From: Poseidonia sp.
Lineage (GTDB): Archaea > Thermoplasmatota > Poseidoniia > Poseidoniales > Poseidoniaceae
NCBI GenBank assembly: GCA_040261535.1
Contig: JBDQNU010000002.1
Location: forward strand, 56,661-120,660
DNA: 64,000 nt
Direction of reading: 5' to 3'
Below are positions 1 through 9,184 of the stretch, one piece after another. A program made the position numbers and the translations under genes. Each line of letters opens with the position of its first letter. Within the stretch, counting starts at the first letter, position 1. The notes below the pieces were generated by a model. It did no database searches. It saw only the letters and a program-made list of their open reading frames with translations, and was not told where the DNA came from.

Positions 1-1260
1 ACCCGTGTCGTCGGCAGGAATCATGGCCGTCCCGACCGCATCGTTCGAGTTGTTCAACGAATTTGAAGCGGCCCATGCGAGGGAGACGTCGCCGTCGGCG
101 TCAAGCAAAAGAGCACCTTCGTCAGCTACCGGCGGCCACGAGACATCCTCAACCCCGCCGGCTGCGACGGAGATGCCACCGCCTCGCCACGTGACGGTCA
201 CCACCGCATCACCGGGGTTGGCCAAGCGCAACGTCCCGTTCATGAGGGGCGGGAGGAATTCGTGGCCGAGGTACATGCCGGTCATCGAAGGCCAAGCCGT
301 TATTCCGTGGTCGTTTCCGGTGTTGGATTTCAGGAGGAGGCGTGAAGGGGAACTCGTCGTGATGTGGGCGACGGTGTCGGCCTCAACGGTGAGTTCGTGG
401 GTAAACGCCACGGCGGTTCGTGAAAGCCCACTCGGTAGGGCGTAGTGGATGCTGGTTTCCTCGCCGACCGTGATGTGAATCTGGTTGGCTTTTTGGCTGA
501 GCAAGTGAAGGGCAGTGGTGCCTTCCTTCAGCGGGATGGACCAGGCGTGGCCTTTCTTGTCGGAGGGTTCTGGGGCGTTTGGTAGGACATAGGTCGCACC
601 GCTGTCCCCTGTTTCACCAAACACCGTAAGGCCATGGCTCGATGTTAACACGGCCTCGCCGATGCTGGAAAGGTCAAACGATGCCGTTTCATCCACGCGC
701 AAGGCGACGTTTTCCGCCTCTTCGCCGTCCACGGTCAGAGCGACATCAATGGGTCCAAGCGGCATGGCGAGGCCCGGCGTGACGGTGAAAACGACCCTGT
801 CGAGGAGGCTCTCAAGGGTGTAGTAGTACGGCCGGTCCGGGCCGAGTCGCAAATCGGTGACACAAACCGCCTCAACAAAACTCTCCGGGTGTCGGATTTC
901 CAATTCGTCGTCAAAGTCCAGCGCACCACGTGCCCGCAGGGTCATGTCTTCCTGCCACGTTGCTGAATACCACATCCCGCCTCGCATGCTGTCCCACACC
1001 AGATTGCCGTCGACAGGAATCAGGGTTGCGTGGGTTGAATCTCCGGGCATACCGCGTTCGCTGAGGGTGGAGGTTTGGTGAGCGAGGAGCGTCATTTGGG
1101 AGGACATGTCGTGACGTTCAACCGATCCCTCCATCTCCTCAATGACGGGCATCATCGAGATCATCATGAGGCCGATGATGGAGAGGACACCGCCGAACAG
1201 GAGAACCGTTGCCACGGCGGCGGAGACCGCTTCATCTTCACGACGAAGTTGGCCCCTCAA
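1..1260 (-). CDS. Archaeal type IV pilin-like protein (class III signal peptide); C-terminus runs off the window
   Basis: Absent from the ORF track because it has no stop in the window. My minus-strand translation from TTG at 1260 gives LRGQLRREDEAVSAAVATVLLFGGVLSIIGLMMISMMPVIEE..., a charged leader plus AVS plus a hydrophobic helix, as in the upstream paralog. TTG 1260 is the first possible start after the in-frame TGA at 1291-1293. The frame stays open for 420 codons to position 1. The TTG overlaps the upstream stop (TTGA). Confidence 0.55.
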   Translation of the reverse strand, partial: MRGQLRREDEAVSAAVATVLLFGGVLSIIGLMMISMMPVIEEMEGSVERHDMSSQMTLLAHQTSTLSERGMPGDSTHATLIPVDGNLVWDSMRGGMWYSATWQEDMTLRARGALDFDDELEIRHPESFVEAVCVTDLRLGPDRPYYYTLESLLDRVVFTVTPGLAMPLGPIDVALTVDGEEAENVALRVDETASFDLSSIGEAVLTSSHGLTVFGETGDSGATYVLPNAPEPSDKKGHAWSIPLKEGTTALHLLSQKANQIHITVGEETSIHYALPSGLSRTAVAFTHELTVEADTVAHITTSSPSRLLLKSNTGNDHGITAWPSMTGMYLGHEFLPPLMNGTLRLANPGDAVVTVTWRGGGISVAAGGVEDVSWPPVADEGALLLDADGDVSLAWAASNSLNNSNDAVGTAMIPADDTG

Positions 1261-2342
1261 CGACTCACCTCGATGCGTTGCAGGTCGACTTCAAAATACA
1301 GCGGCAAGTTGTGAGACGAGACGCTGAAACCGTCAGCGCCGCTTGCTCGTTCGTACGGGGAGAACCCGATGTAGGTGTCGAGCGTCCCTGCAGCTCGCTG
1401 AACGTTGTACTCCGAGAGCCAGTTATCGTGGTATTGAGGCGTCACCACGTCATGAAGAGCGTTGGTCACGGTGAATTGAACGTTGTAGGCGCGGCCGCTG
1501 AAAAGCGTCATGGGGCCTTGCGATACAAATTGCAAACCGATGTTCGAACCCGTTCCGATGCTTCCGTTGGTGAGGACATCCGTCAGGAGCATGGACAATC
1601 GCAACTCCTCGTTGGCCATGCGGTCAAACTCCACCAGTGGCATGGCGCTGACTTCCCATGCCCCGTTCGGGAAACGTTCTGCTCGGGCGTTGTTCATCAG
1701 CACAATTTGATGTTCACCCTGGCCGAGCGAGGTGTGAATTTCCAAGCCCGAGAGGGTCCATGAAACCTGCCGGTAAAGGGGCTCATCGTCCGCACCGTAC
1801 ACGGTGACGATCATCCAGTGGCTGGCGCTGGCGTTATGCGAGACCATCACTTCCTGATGGCTGGCAACCACCTCCCTCGTGAACGAGACACCGGGCGATT
1901 GAACGGTGATGCTTCGAGCGGTTTCATTGGCGACAAGGACGGCGATGGTGGTGTCGTTCACATGACGTAACGAGATTCTTTCCGACGCAGTAAGGTCGGC
2001 TCCAATTGTCCAATGCTCGACGTTTTGAACCGGTCGAATCGACGTGGACTGGATGGCGAGCGTGTTTCTGAAACCCGTGCCGTCCGGGGCGTTTCCGGCC
2101 ACTTCAATGCGGTCCTCGATTCGGTCGGCGAGCCCGGAGGCAGAATTCCAGTTCGTGTTGTCCTCAAAATCGGACAGGTACGGGTTGAGGAAAATCCAGA
2201 CCCCGCCCATGATGGTGATGACCATGGCCAGCAACATCACGACGCCCAGAACTTCGCTCACCGCCCGTTCTTCACCCCGCAGGTGGCGGGTAGCGGACTG
2301 CGCCGTTTGCCGGTTCACGCTTTGGACACGATGAGGTATCAT
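1257..2342 (-). CDS. Archaeal type IV pilin-like protein (class III / DUF1628-type signal peptide) with a ~300 aa C-terminal domain
   Basis: The N-terminus ...TRHLRGEERAVSEVLGVVMLLAMVITIMGGVWIFLNPYL has the charged leader, AVS and single hydrophobic helix typical of archaeal prepilins. It is the only long coherent ORF here. Confidence 0.6.
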   Translation of the reverse strand: MIPHRVQSVNRQTAQSATRHLRGEERAVSEVLGVVMLLAMVITIMGGVWIFLNPYLSDFEDNTNWNSASGLADRIEDRIEVAGNAPDGTGFRNTLAIQSTSIRPVQNVEHWTIGADLTASERISLRHVNDTTIAVLVANETARSITVQSPGVSFTREVVASHQEVMVSHNASASHWMIVTVYGADDEPLYRQVSWTLSGLEIHTSLGQGEHQIVLMNNARAERFPNGAWEVSAMPLVEFDRMANEELRLSMLLTDVLTNGSIGTGSNIGLQFVSQGPMTLFSGRAYNVQFTVTNALHDVVTPQYHDNWLSEYNVQRAAGTLDTYIGFSPYERASGADGFSVSSHNLPLYFEVDLQRIEVSR

Positions 2343-2374
2343 TTAGCCATTCACCCCAAATCCTGCGATGAGGC

Positions 2375-3184
2375 TTAGTTGTGCAGGGGTGATTCGGCCT
2401 CGGTTTCGGATGGCTGCCCGATGTAATGGGAAAAATCAGGGCCGTCTTGTTCCGAGATTTTCAGGTCGCCAGTAAAGACGTCCGCAATGTGATAGAGCAC
2501 GGTTGATTCTGCAATATGGGGACGGTTGTTTTTCTGGCTCAGGTGCGTCAGGACGATGGTTCGCGTGGCTTCCGTGCATACTTCGGCCAAGAATTGCCCG
2601 GTTTGGTCGTTCGACAAGTGGCCTCCACGGCCGGAGATGCGATCCTTCAAACTGTAGGGGTAGGGTCCACCAAGCAACTTCTTCTCGTCGTAATTGGCCT
2701 CGATGGAAATGTGTTCGCAACCTCGGACGTGGGTGACCAATTCATCGGTCCACGAACCGAGGTCGGTGATGATGGCGGCACGCTCACCGTTGTGGCTCGC
2801 GACGAAGGCCACGTTGTCCGAACCGGCATGGGGGACGGGAACGGGCAGAACGGCAAGGTCATCACCGACCCGTATCAAATCGAGCGCAGCGAAGTGGGTG
2901 GTCAACGGAGGAAGCAGGTCGAGTTCAAGCGCTGTGCGCTCGTTGGCGAGGATTTGGGTGTTCCACCGTGTTTGCATGACGCGAGCGCCGCCCCCGTGGT
3001 CGCCGTGGTGATGGGAGATGAAGACGCAGTCAATGTCCTCGGGCGTGAGGTCAAGGCGAGCGAGCCGTTTCTGCAGTTGTGCGCCGCTAAAGCCCTGGTC
3101 GATGAGGACCCGAACCTTGGGGGTTTCCAGCAGCGTCGAGTTGCCCCGGCTCCCGGTTCCAAGGTGGGTGATGGTCATCGTCAT
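2375..3184 (-). CDS. MBL-fold metallo-hydrolase
   Basis: HxHxDH motif (FISHHHGDHGGG) and N-terminal MTMTITHLGTGSRGNSTLLE typical of the beta-lactamase-fold hydrolase superfamily. I place the start at internal ATG 3184 (MTMTITHLG). The track ORF extends to 3373, which would overlap the divergent giant gene's start at 3372. Confidence 0.8.
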   Translation of the reverse strand: MTMTITHLGTGSRGNSTLLETPKVRVLIDQGFSGAQLQKRLARLDLTPEDIDCVFISHHHGDHGGGARVMQTRWNTQILANERTALELDLLPPLTTHFAALDLIRVGDDLAVLPVPVPHAGSDNVAFVASHNGERAAIITDLGSWTDELVTHVRGCEHISIEANYDEKKLLGGPYPYSLKDRISGRGGHLSNDQTGQFLAEVCTEATRTIVLTHLSQKNNRPHIAESTVLYHIADVFTGDLKISEQDGPDFSHYIGQPSETEAESPLHN

Positions 3185-3371
3185 GCGAACAAGTACAAGC
3201 GGTCGCGGGAGATTCTTGAACACACCGACAGAACCCGACGGTATCGAGTGTTTTGGTGTGCTTTCGCACGACGTCAAGGCGTGCATGTATGAACAATGTT
3301 CCATCACCCTCATAAGCAATCTGAGCAAGGTATTCTTTGAGCGAAGCGTATGCTTTGCAGCAGGCGAGAAC

Positions 3372-6300
3372 ATGAGGCGCAGTCAAACCACGCTCCTGAC
3401 CACCCTCGCTGTCGTCGCGAGTTTGCTCTTCATGTCGCAATTTCCATCGATTTCAAACGTGGCCAACGTTCACCCCGACGACACCACGCAAACCCCTCCG
3501 CCCAACACGGATTCGGACGGAGATCTCATTCCCGACGTTCACGAAACGCTTTTCGAGGGTTGGATGAACTGGACGGCACCCGACGGTCGTCCCGTTGCGG
3601 TGAAAGGTTTGGACAAGGACGACGCTTCCGATGCTGACACCGACCGAGACCTTGACGGTTTGAACGCCACCGAGGAATTCTGTTGGCCCTATCCCGCCAA
3701 CTGCACCGCTCCCGGCTTCCCTCGTGGTCTCACCGGTGAGCTGGATGAGAACAACGACCGAGTCTATCTTGACCCTCGCATGGCTGACACGGACGGCGAT
3801 GGCATGCCCGACGGGTTTGAGGCGTACATGTGTCAGCGAATGGGCGGTTTTGACCTCGTGAACTTGCGATTCATCTGCCCTTCTTTTGACCCGTTGAACG
3901 GCAGCGACGTGACCTTGGATTCGGACAACGACGGCTTCGATGTGGACAGGGACGGTTTCATGAGCGAAGCCGAACGTTACACCGCACCCGAAGAATACGC
4001 ACACGGCATGCCGTCAAATTACACCACCGAACTTGACGGATTGTGGTGCTTTGCAACGCTTCCCGACGGGGCTCTTCTCAAAAATTGGCCGTACATCCCT
4101 TCGGGTGCCAACGCCACGTTCCACAACCTGTTGCCCGCCTGCACCAACCGTGACGTCGCACACGTCGGCGAGGATTTGTGGCTCGGTACCGACCCGTTGC
4201 TCGATGACTCTGACCGCTACTTGTGGGACGGATTTTCCATCAGGACATTGTACCCCTCGTTCGGAGACGGTATTCCAGACGGTTGGGAAGTTCACTTTGG
4301 TCTTGACCCGCTGAACCGTTCAAACGCCCTTTCCGATCCCGATCGGGACGGATGGGACGCCAATCGAGACGGTGGCATTTCCGAAGACCTTTCTCGGACC
4401 TACACGGCCCTCAAGGTCGGTGAAGCGCTCTCGACGCTTGAAGAATACACGGTTCACTATGACAACGGAAACATGGTTTATCCGGGCTTGAAAACCACGT
4501 ACGTTGGCGATGAGGAATCGTTTTCCACCTTCCCTCTGGTCTACGATGCGGAAGCTGATGCGCTTTCCGTGTTGCACCATGACGTGCGAGCGCTTGACGA
4601 GCACGACGGTACGGTCTACGTCATGACGCGATACGGTATCAGCACGGTCAACGAGGAGGAGTCCACCCAATCCCATCAATGGCTTCCGCAGGGCGTTGAG
4701 TTGACCGACGGTTTCCTCGCTCGCTCGAACAACCTGCCGTTCGGTTTGGTGATGGGCACTACCGCCGGTTTTGCCGTCGCCCCTTTGCTGGCTGACGGAA
4801 GCCTCGGTACGCCCGCCACCTGGGATTGGTCGTTAACGGGCCATGTGAACGCCATCGCCCCGCTTTCCGGGGACGGGACCTCGTTGTACGTCCTCGGTTT
4901 GGCCGATGCCGGTGAGGGCGCGTTGATTGAACTCGGCAACGCTGCTGCGATTTCAGAGACCCACGAACTAGGTATTGGGTTGGTCTCAACGCTTGCCGAA
5001 GCAAACGCTACGGTCACCGATATTGAACACGGCATGGCCGGAGGCTCAACCCTCACGCTCTTTGTTGGAACGGACCGCGGTCTCCTCGTCGTTGAAACCG
5101 CCTCAGCCCGGGACGAGGCGACCGGCGACTGGCGCTTCTCGTACACCCAAGACGATGTGGACCTTCCAGCGAACGTGGACGAGGTTCGAAGCCTCCCCCT
5201 TGGCTCGACCGGCAACCCTGCTGAAGTTCGTACCATGATTCTCGACGGCCCCACGTCCACCAACGCCCAAGTGCTCTGGTTCGGCACCCCTGCCGGCTTG
5301 CACAAACTCAACCTTAACGACGATTCCATTGACCACAGCGGGCTGCTCCTCCATCCGGGCGTTGACGGTACGATGGCGCGTGAAACGAACAGCATTCAGA
5401 GCATCCACCCCACCGGTGACGAAATTTTGGTCGGTTCGGATTGGGGGCTTTGGGCGGTTGCTGGCGATTACGCCTCGGTCTACGGTCTTCAGGACCAAAC
5501 CCGACTGCCGGGTGAAATCGTCGCCATCACGACCGCCGTCGGCGAAGGGAACGTGACCGTTTACGGTGCAGCCTCCCCTGGCCAATACGCCAACCTCTTG
5601 CTCATGGACCCCGGGGCAAACGACTCCGATGCCGACGGGATGCCCGACGGTTGGGAGGTCGTCCACGGATTGGATCCCACCGATCCTTGGGACGCCCTTT
5701 ACGACAACGACGGGGACGGCATTGACCTTGACCAATCCGGCGACATGAACCTCGAGCGACTCTGGACGAATCTCGACGAATTCAGGTACACCAAACTCAC
5801 ACCTGAAGGCTACGATTCAACCGACCCTCGTGTCGGCGATACCGACGGGGACGGTCTGGGAGACGGCGCAGAATACTTCGGTTTCTTCTTTGAACAATCC
5901 ACCCTTTGGTGCCATTACACCGTTCAGTTGGTTCACGTCTGCGATGACGCAGCGGGTCAAGCCGCCAACGCAACCTATCTTGCTGTTGCGAACGTTGACA
6001 GCGCCACCGATCCGACCAACGAGGACTCCGACGGCGACGGCATGCCCGACGGTTGGGAAATTGAACACCGACGATGGGTTGGAAGCACCTTCTCGGGCGG
6101 AAACAACTGGAGCCTTGATCCTCTGCGAGCCGAGGATGCAAACTGGGATGCTGACGGGGACGGTTTGCCGAACCTCTGCGAATATCAGTGGTCTGTCGTA
6201 CGCCTCATGGGCTTGAACGGCGACCTTTTGGCGGATTACGGTGAATCGCCCGAAGCCGTTGAGTCCTGGGCGGTGGCCGACCCGAACCTCATCGATTCTG

Positions 6301-9122
6301 ACGGGGATACACTTCCCGACGGATGGGAGTCCAAGGGCCTGTGTTCGTGGGACCCTACCCGCGTGGGCGTCAACCCCCTCAACGGTTCAGATGCCTTTGA
6401 AAATCCCGATGGGGACGGGTACGACATCGACCACGACGGTGTTTTGAGCCAGGATGAAGCCTTCGTGAACTATCTTGAATATCACGTCCGGACCGACCTT
6501 TTCAGCGGCAACATGACGTTGTCCGGTGTCCCTCTCCCCGAAGGCTTCAGCACCCAACTTTTCGACCGTATTGATGAACAGGGTCAACCCGACGCTACCT
6601 TCGCAGAGCGCGCCTCGGGGGCCGTCACCTCCGGCCAATCCGCCTACAGCGTCGGAGCAGCTGACCCGCTGAGTTCGGACACCGACCAAGACGGCATGCC
6701 CGACGGATGGGAAATATGGCACGCTCGGTGGAACCTGCTTGACGATGCATGGACGCTGAATCCCTTGGATTCCACGGACCGTTGGGACGATGCTGACAGC
6801 GATGGCATGACGAACTGGGAAGAGTACAACGCCGTCTCACCGCTTCTAAGTGAGACGGATGCGAACCGCTCATCTCCGCAATGGTTTGTGACCACCATCG
6901 GGACGGCCTTTGCCCTGCAACAATGGCCAGGTATCCCAACGGAATCCTCGTTCGGTGATTTCCTCACGCAGGACCAGATTAACCTCACGGGTTGGACATC
7001 CGACCCCAACAACGTCGACACCGACGGCGACGGTATGCTGGACGGCGTTGAATTGCTCTTCACCTCGTGGAACGTCTCCGCCGCAACATGGACGCTCAAT
7101 CCGCTCGTTGCAGGTGACGGTGATTTCGACGGTGACGAAGACGGTCTCATCGACCGACAAGAGTTCGCTCTCGCCACCGAACAGCCTGACAACGGCGTTG
7201 ACCATCCAAGCGATGCTCCGTTGATGCACGTGGACGGCGATTTCCAACAACCCACGGAAAAAGCCCAGCGCGTGTTCAACATCCTCATCTCGAAGGAGAC
7301 TCGAGGGAAGCGTTTGCTGAACGACTTCAACGCTTGGCAACAGGGTGAACCTCCCAACGCCTTCATCGAAGTCGTCCTTGGAATGACCGACCCCACCATT
7401 CCGGACACGGATGGCGACGGGATGTACGACGGCTTTGAGTACTGGTTCACGTCGTGGGATTTGGACCAAAACCGTTGGTCCATCAACCCGCTGATCGACG
7501 GTGACGTTAATCTGGATTCGGATCAAGACAGTTTTGACTGCAACGCAGACGGTGAAATCGACGGAAACGAAACCTTCTCAAATCTGCGCGAGTGGGAATC
7601 CAGAACGTGGGGGAAATTCCTCAACCGGAACACAGTTCCCGCTTCCATGGGCATCATCGACTTTGGCGAGGATGCCATGCTCGCCTACCAAGAAGAGCTG
7701 GGCTACTCGCTGATTCAGGCCCAAGCAGCCCTCTACCAAGACTTCGTTGAGAAAGGGCAAGAGTCCGCCGATCGAATGGCAAAAATCAACTCGCTGGAAA
7801 GCGAGAATTTCAATCGAAGTCTTCGGGGCGTTGCTGACCCAACACACGCTGATTCAGACAGTGACGGCATTCCGGACGGGTGGGAATATTGCTATGCGAT
7901 TTTCGGGATGGATGACGCTACGACGCAGAACCATTGGGCTGCCAATCCGATCAACCCGTGGGACGTGGCTTACGACGGCGACCACGACGGATGGTACGAC
8001 CGAACGGCGTTTGACATTCCTGCTGTTCAAGGCACGTGGGACGATCGTACCTTTACGCCCTCCGGCATCACGATTCAGAACGGAATCGGCGACTTGCCGT
8101 TCACCAACGCCATGGAATACGATAATGAAACGCGCCCCGATCTCAACGACAGCGACGAGGACAGCCGCACCTTCATCACCGTTGTAGAGAACGGAGCGGT
8201 GGTCTCTCACGAACGGGATTACAACTACTCCGATGGCCGTGAAGTGTTCAAGTACGGCTCCAATCCCAGCGACAACGATACCGACGGTGACATGCTCCCC
8301 GATTGGTATGAATACAAGCTCGGATGGAACGAAAGCAACGACAATTTCAGTTCCTACCTTGAAATCCAGGTCGTTTGGATCGATGTCGCTACCGGTGGAC
8401 CTTGCGGTACATCGACCACGTCGTGTCTCCCTCTGTCGCAGGACGGTGGAGGCGGTACCTTGAGTCGCCCCGACATCGATATGGCTTGGTTCACGATGAA
8501 TCCTGCCGATCCAAACGATGCGAACGCTGACCCCGACCAAGATGGGAATTGGGATTGTTCAGGGGCGGGATGCACCTACGAACCCTACACCAACTTCCAG
8601 GAGTTTTACGCCATCACGCTCAACGTTTACGCTTCTCCAAACGCCGTGAGGTTGAGCGGGTTGACCTACGACGGGTCGCCGGTGACGGAAGGCTGGCAGT
8701 TCCGTGCCGCTCTCCTCGGTCTTGGCCAGTCCAACGAGTTGGTTCTGAACTATTTGAAGCTGGACAAATACGCCGGCCCAGACCGCCAATACGGCTACAT
8801 CGTGGACGACAAAGATACGGATTTCTTGTCGGTTGATCCAAGCGATGACGTGGTGTTGATGGCCGGAAACCGAACCGACCAGTGGGACATCTACTATGCC
8901 GGATCGCCAAACACCGCTCCTGTGCGAAGCGTTGGCGAGCACGAGTTCGGTTGGTACCTGCTCGATTACGACGACGACCACTTGGCCGAAGGTTCAAACC
9001 CCATGAACTGGGATACGGACGGGGATTGGATGAACGATTGGTTCGAGGTTCGGGACGACGAAGAGGACGGTGTCCGGGGCGATTCCTCTCCGATTCGATA
9101 CGACTCACGTCAAACCAGTTGA
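3372..9122 (+). CDS. Giant secreted protein (1916 aa) with thrombospondin type-3-like Ca-binding repeats and a central propeller-like region; no C-terminal TM
   Basis: Sec signal MRRSQTTLLTTLAVVASLLFMSQFPSISNVANV starts at ATG 3372 (track ORF starts at 3018). By eye there are about two dozen DxDxDG-type loops and six exact PDGWE motifs (e.g. DSDGDGMPDGWEIEH). The middle has GT-x-x-GL repeats (LFVGTDRGLLVV, LWFGTPAGLHKL, ILVGSDWGLWAV). Many N-x-S/T sequons. Confidence 0.85.
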   Translation: MRRSQTTLLTTLAVVASLLFMSQFPSISNVANVHPDDTTQTPPPNTDSDGDLIPDVHETLFEGWMNWTAPDGRPVAVKGLDKDDASDADTDRDLDGLNATEEFCWPYPANCTAPGFPRGLTGELDENNDRVYLDPRMADTDGDGMPDGFEAYMCQRMGGFDLVNLRFICPSFDPLNGSDVTLDSDNDGFDVDRDGFMSEAERYTAPEEYAHGMPSNYTTELDGLWCFATLPDGALLKNWPYIPSGANATFHNLLPACTNRDVAHVGEDLWLGTDPLLDDSDRYLWDGFSIRTLYPSFGDGIPDGWEVHFGLDPLNRSNALSDPDRDGWDANRDGGISEDLSRTYTALKVGEALSTLEEYTVHYDNGNMVYPGLKTTYVGDEESFSTFPLVYDAEADALSVLHHDVRALDEHDGTVYVMTRYGISTVNEEESTQSHQWLPQGVELTDGFLARSNNLPFGLVMGTTAGFAVAPLLADGSLGTPATWDWSLTGHVNAIAPLSGDGTSLYVLGLADAGEGALIELGNAAAISETHELGIGLVSTLAEANATVTDIEHGMAGGSTLTLFVGTDRGLLVVETASARDEATGDWRFSYTQDDVDLPANVDEVRSLPLGSTGNPAEVRTMILDGPTSTNAQVLWFGTPAGLHKLNLNDDSIDHSGLLLHPGVDGTMARETNSIQSIHPTGDEILVGSDWGLWAVAGDYASVYGLQDQTRLPGEIVAITTAVGEGNVTVYGAASPGQYANLLLMDPGANDSDADGMPDGWEVVHGLDPTDPWDALYDNDGDGIDLDQSGDMNLERLWTNLDEFRYTKLTPEGYDSTDPRVGDTDGDGLGDGAEYFGFFFEQSTLWCHYTVQLVHVCDDAAGQAANATYLAVANVDSATDPTNEDSDGDGMPDGWEIEHRRWVGSTFSGGNNWSLDPLRAEDANWDADGDGLPNLCEYQWSVVRLMGLNGDLLADYGESPEAVESWAVADPNLIDSDGDTLPDGWESKGLCSWDPTRVGVNPLNGSDAFENPDGDGYDIDHDGVLSQDEAFVNYLEYHVRTDLFSGNMTLSGVPLPEGFSTQLFDRIDEQGQPDATFAERASGAVTSGQSAYSVGAADPLSSDTDQDGMPDGWEIWHARWNLLDDAWTLNPLDSTDRWDDADSDGMTNWEEYNAVSPLLSETDANRSSPQWFVTTIGTAFALQQWPGIPTESSFGDFLTQDQINLTGWTSDPNNVDTDGDGMLDGVELLFTSWNVSAATWTLNPLVAGDGDFDGDEDGLIDRQEFALATEQPDNGVDHPSDAPLMHVDGDFQQPTEKAQRVFNILISKETRGKRLLNDFNAWQQGEPPNAFIEVVLGMTDPTIPDTDGDGMYDGFEYWFTSWDLDQNRWSINPLIDGDVNLDSDQDSFDCNADGEIDGNETFSNLREWESRTWGKFLNRNTVPASMGIIDFGEDAMLAYQEELGYSLIQAQAALYQDFVEKGQESADRMAKINSLESENFNRSLRGVADPTHADSDSDGIPDGWEYCYAIFGMDDATTQNHWAANPINPWDVAYDGDHDGWYDRTAFDIPAVQGTWDDRTFTPSGITIQNGIGDLPFTNAMEYDNETRPDLNDSDEDSRTFITVVENGAVVSHERDYNYSDGREVFKYGSNPSDNDTDGDMLPDWYEYKLGWNESNDNFSSYLEIQVVWIDVATGGPCGTSTTSCLPLSQDGGGGTLSRPDIDMAWFTMNPADPNDANADPDQDGNWDCSGAGCTYEPYTNFQEFYAITLNVYASPNAVRLSGLTYDGSPVTEGWQFRAALLGLGQSNELVLNYLKLDKYAGPDRQYGYIVDDKDTDFLSVDPSDDVVLMAGNRTDQWDIYYAGSPNTAPVRSVGEHEFGWYLLDYDDDHLAEGSNPMNWDTDGDWMNDWFEVRDDEEDGVRGDSSPIRYDSRQTS

Positions 9123-9184
9123 TGTCGGCCCCCATCTGACCTTGAACCGCATGGTTCAAATCGTAGGTCGGCTGTCTTCTAGCC

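Noticed and set aside
3018-3371. N-terminal 118-codon extension of the giant ORF as listed in the track
   Set aside because: It overlaps the divergent MBL gene and has Arg/Ser/Cys-rich junk composition. A textbook signal peptide begins at ATG 3372.
4676-8540. Several 180-280 aa minus-strand ORFs inside the TSP3 giant (e.g. 4676-5395, 5103-5735, 6644-7486, 6870-7526, 7854-8540)
   Set aside because: They are antisense to a clearly coding repeat protein, mutually overlapping and Arg/Pro/Ser/Val-rich. These are typical GC-rich shadow ORFs.
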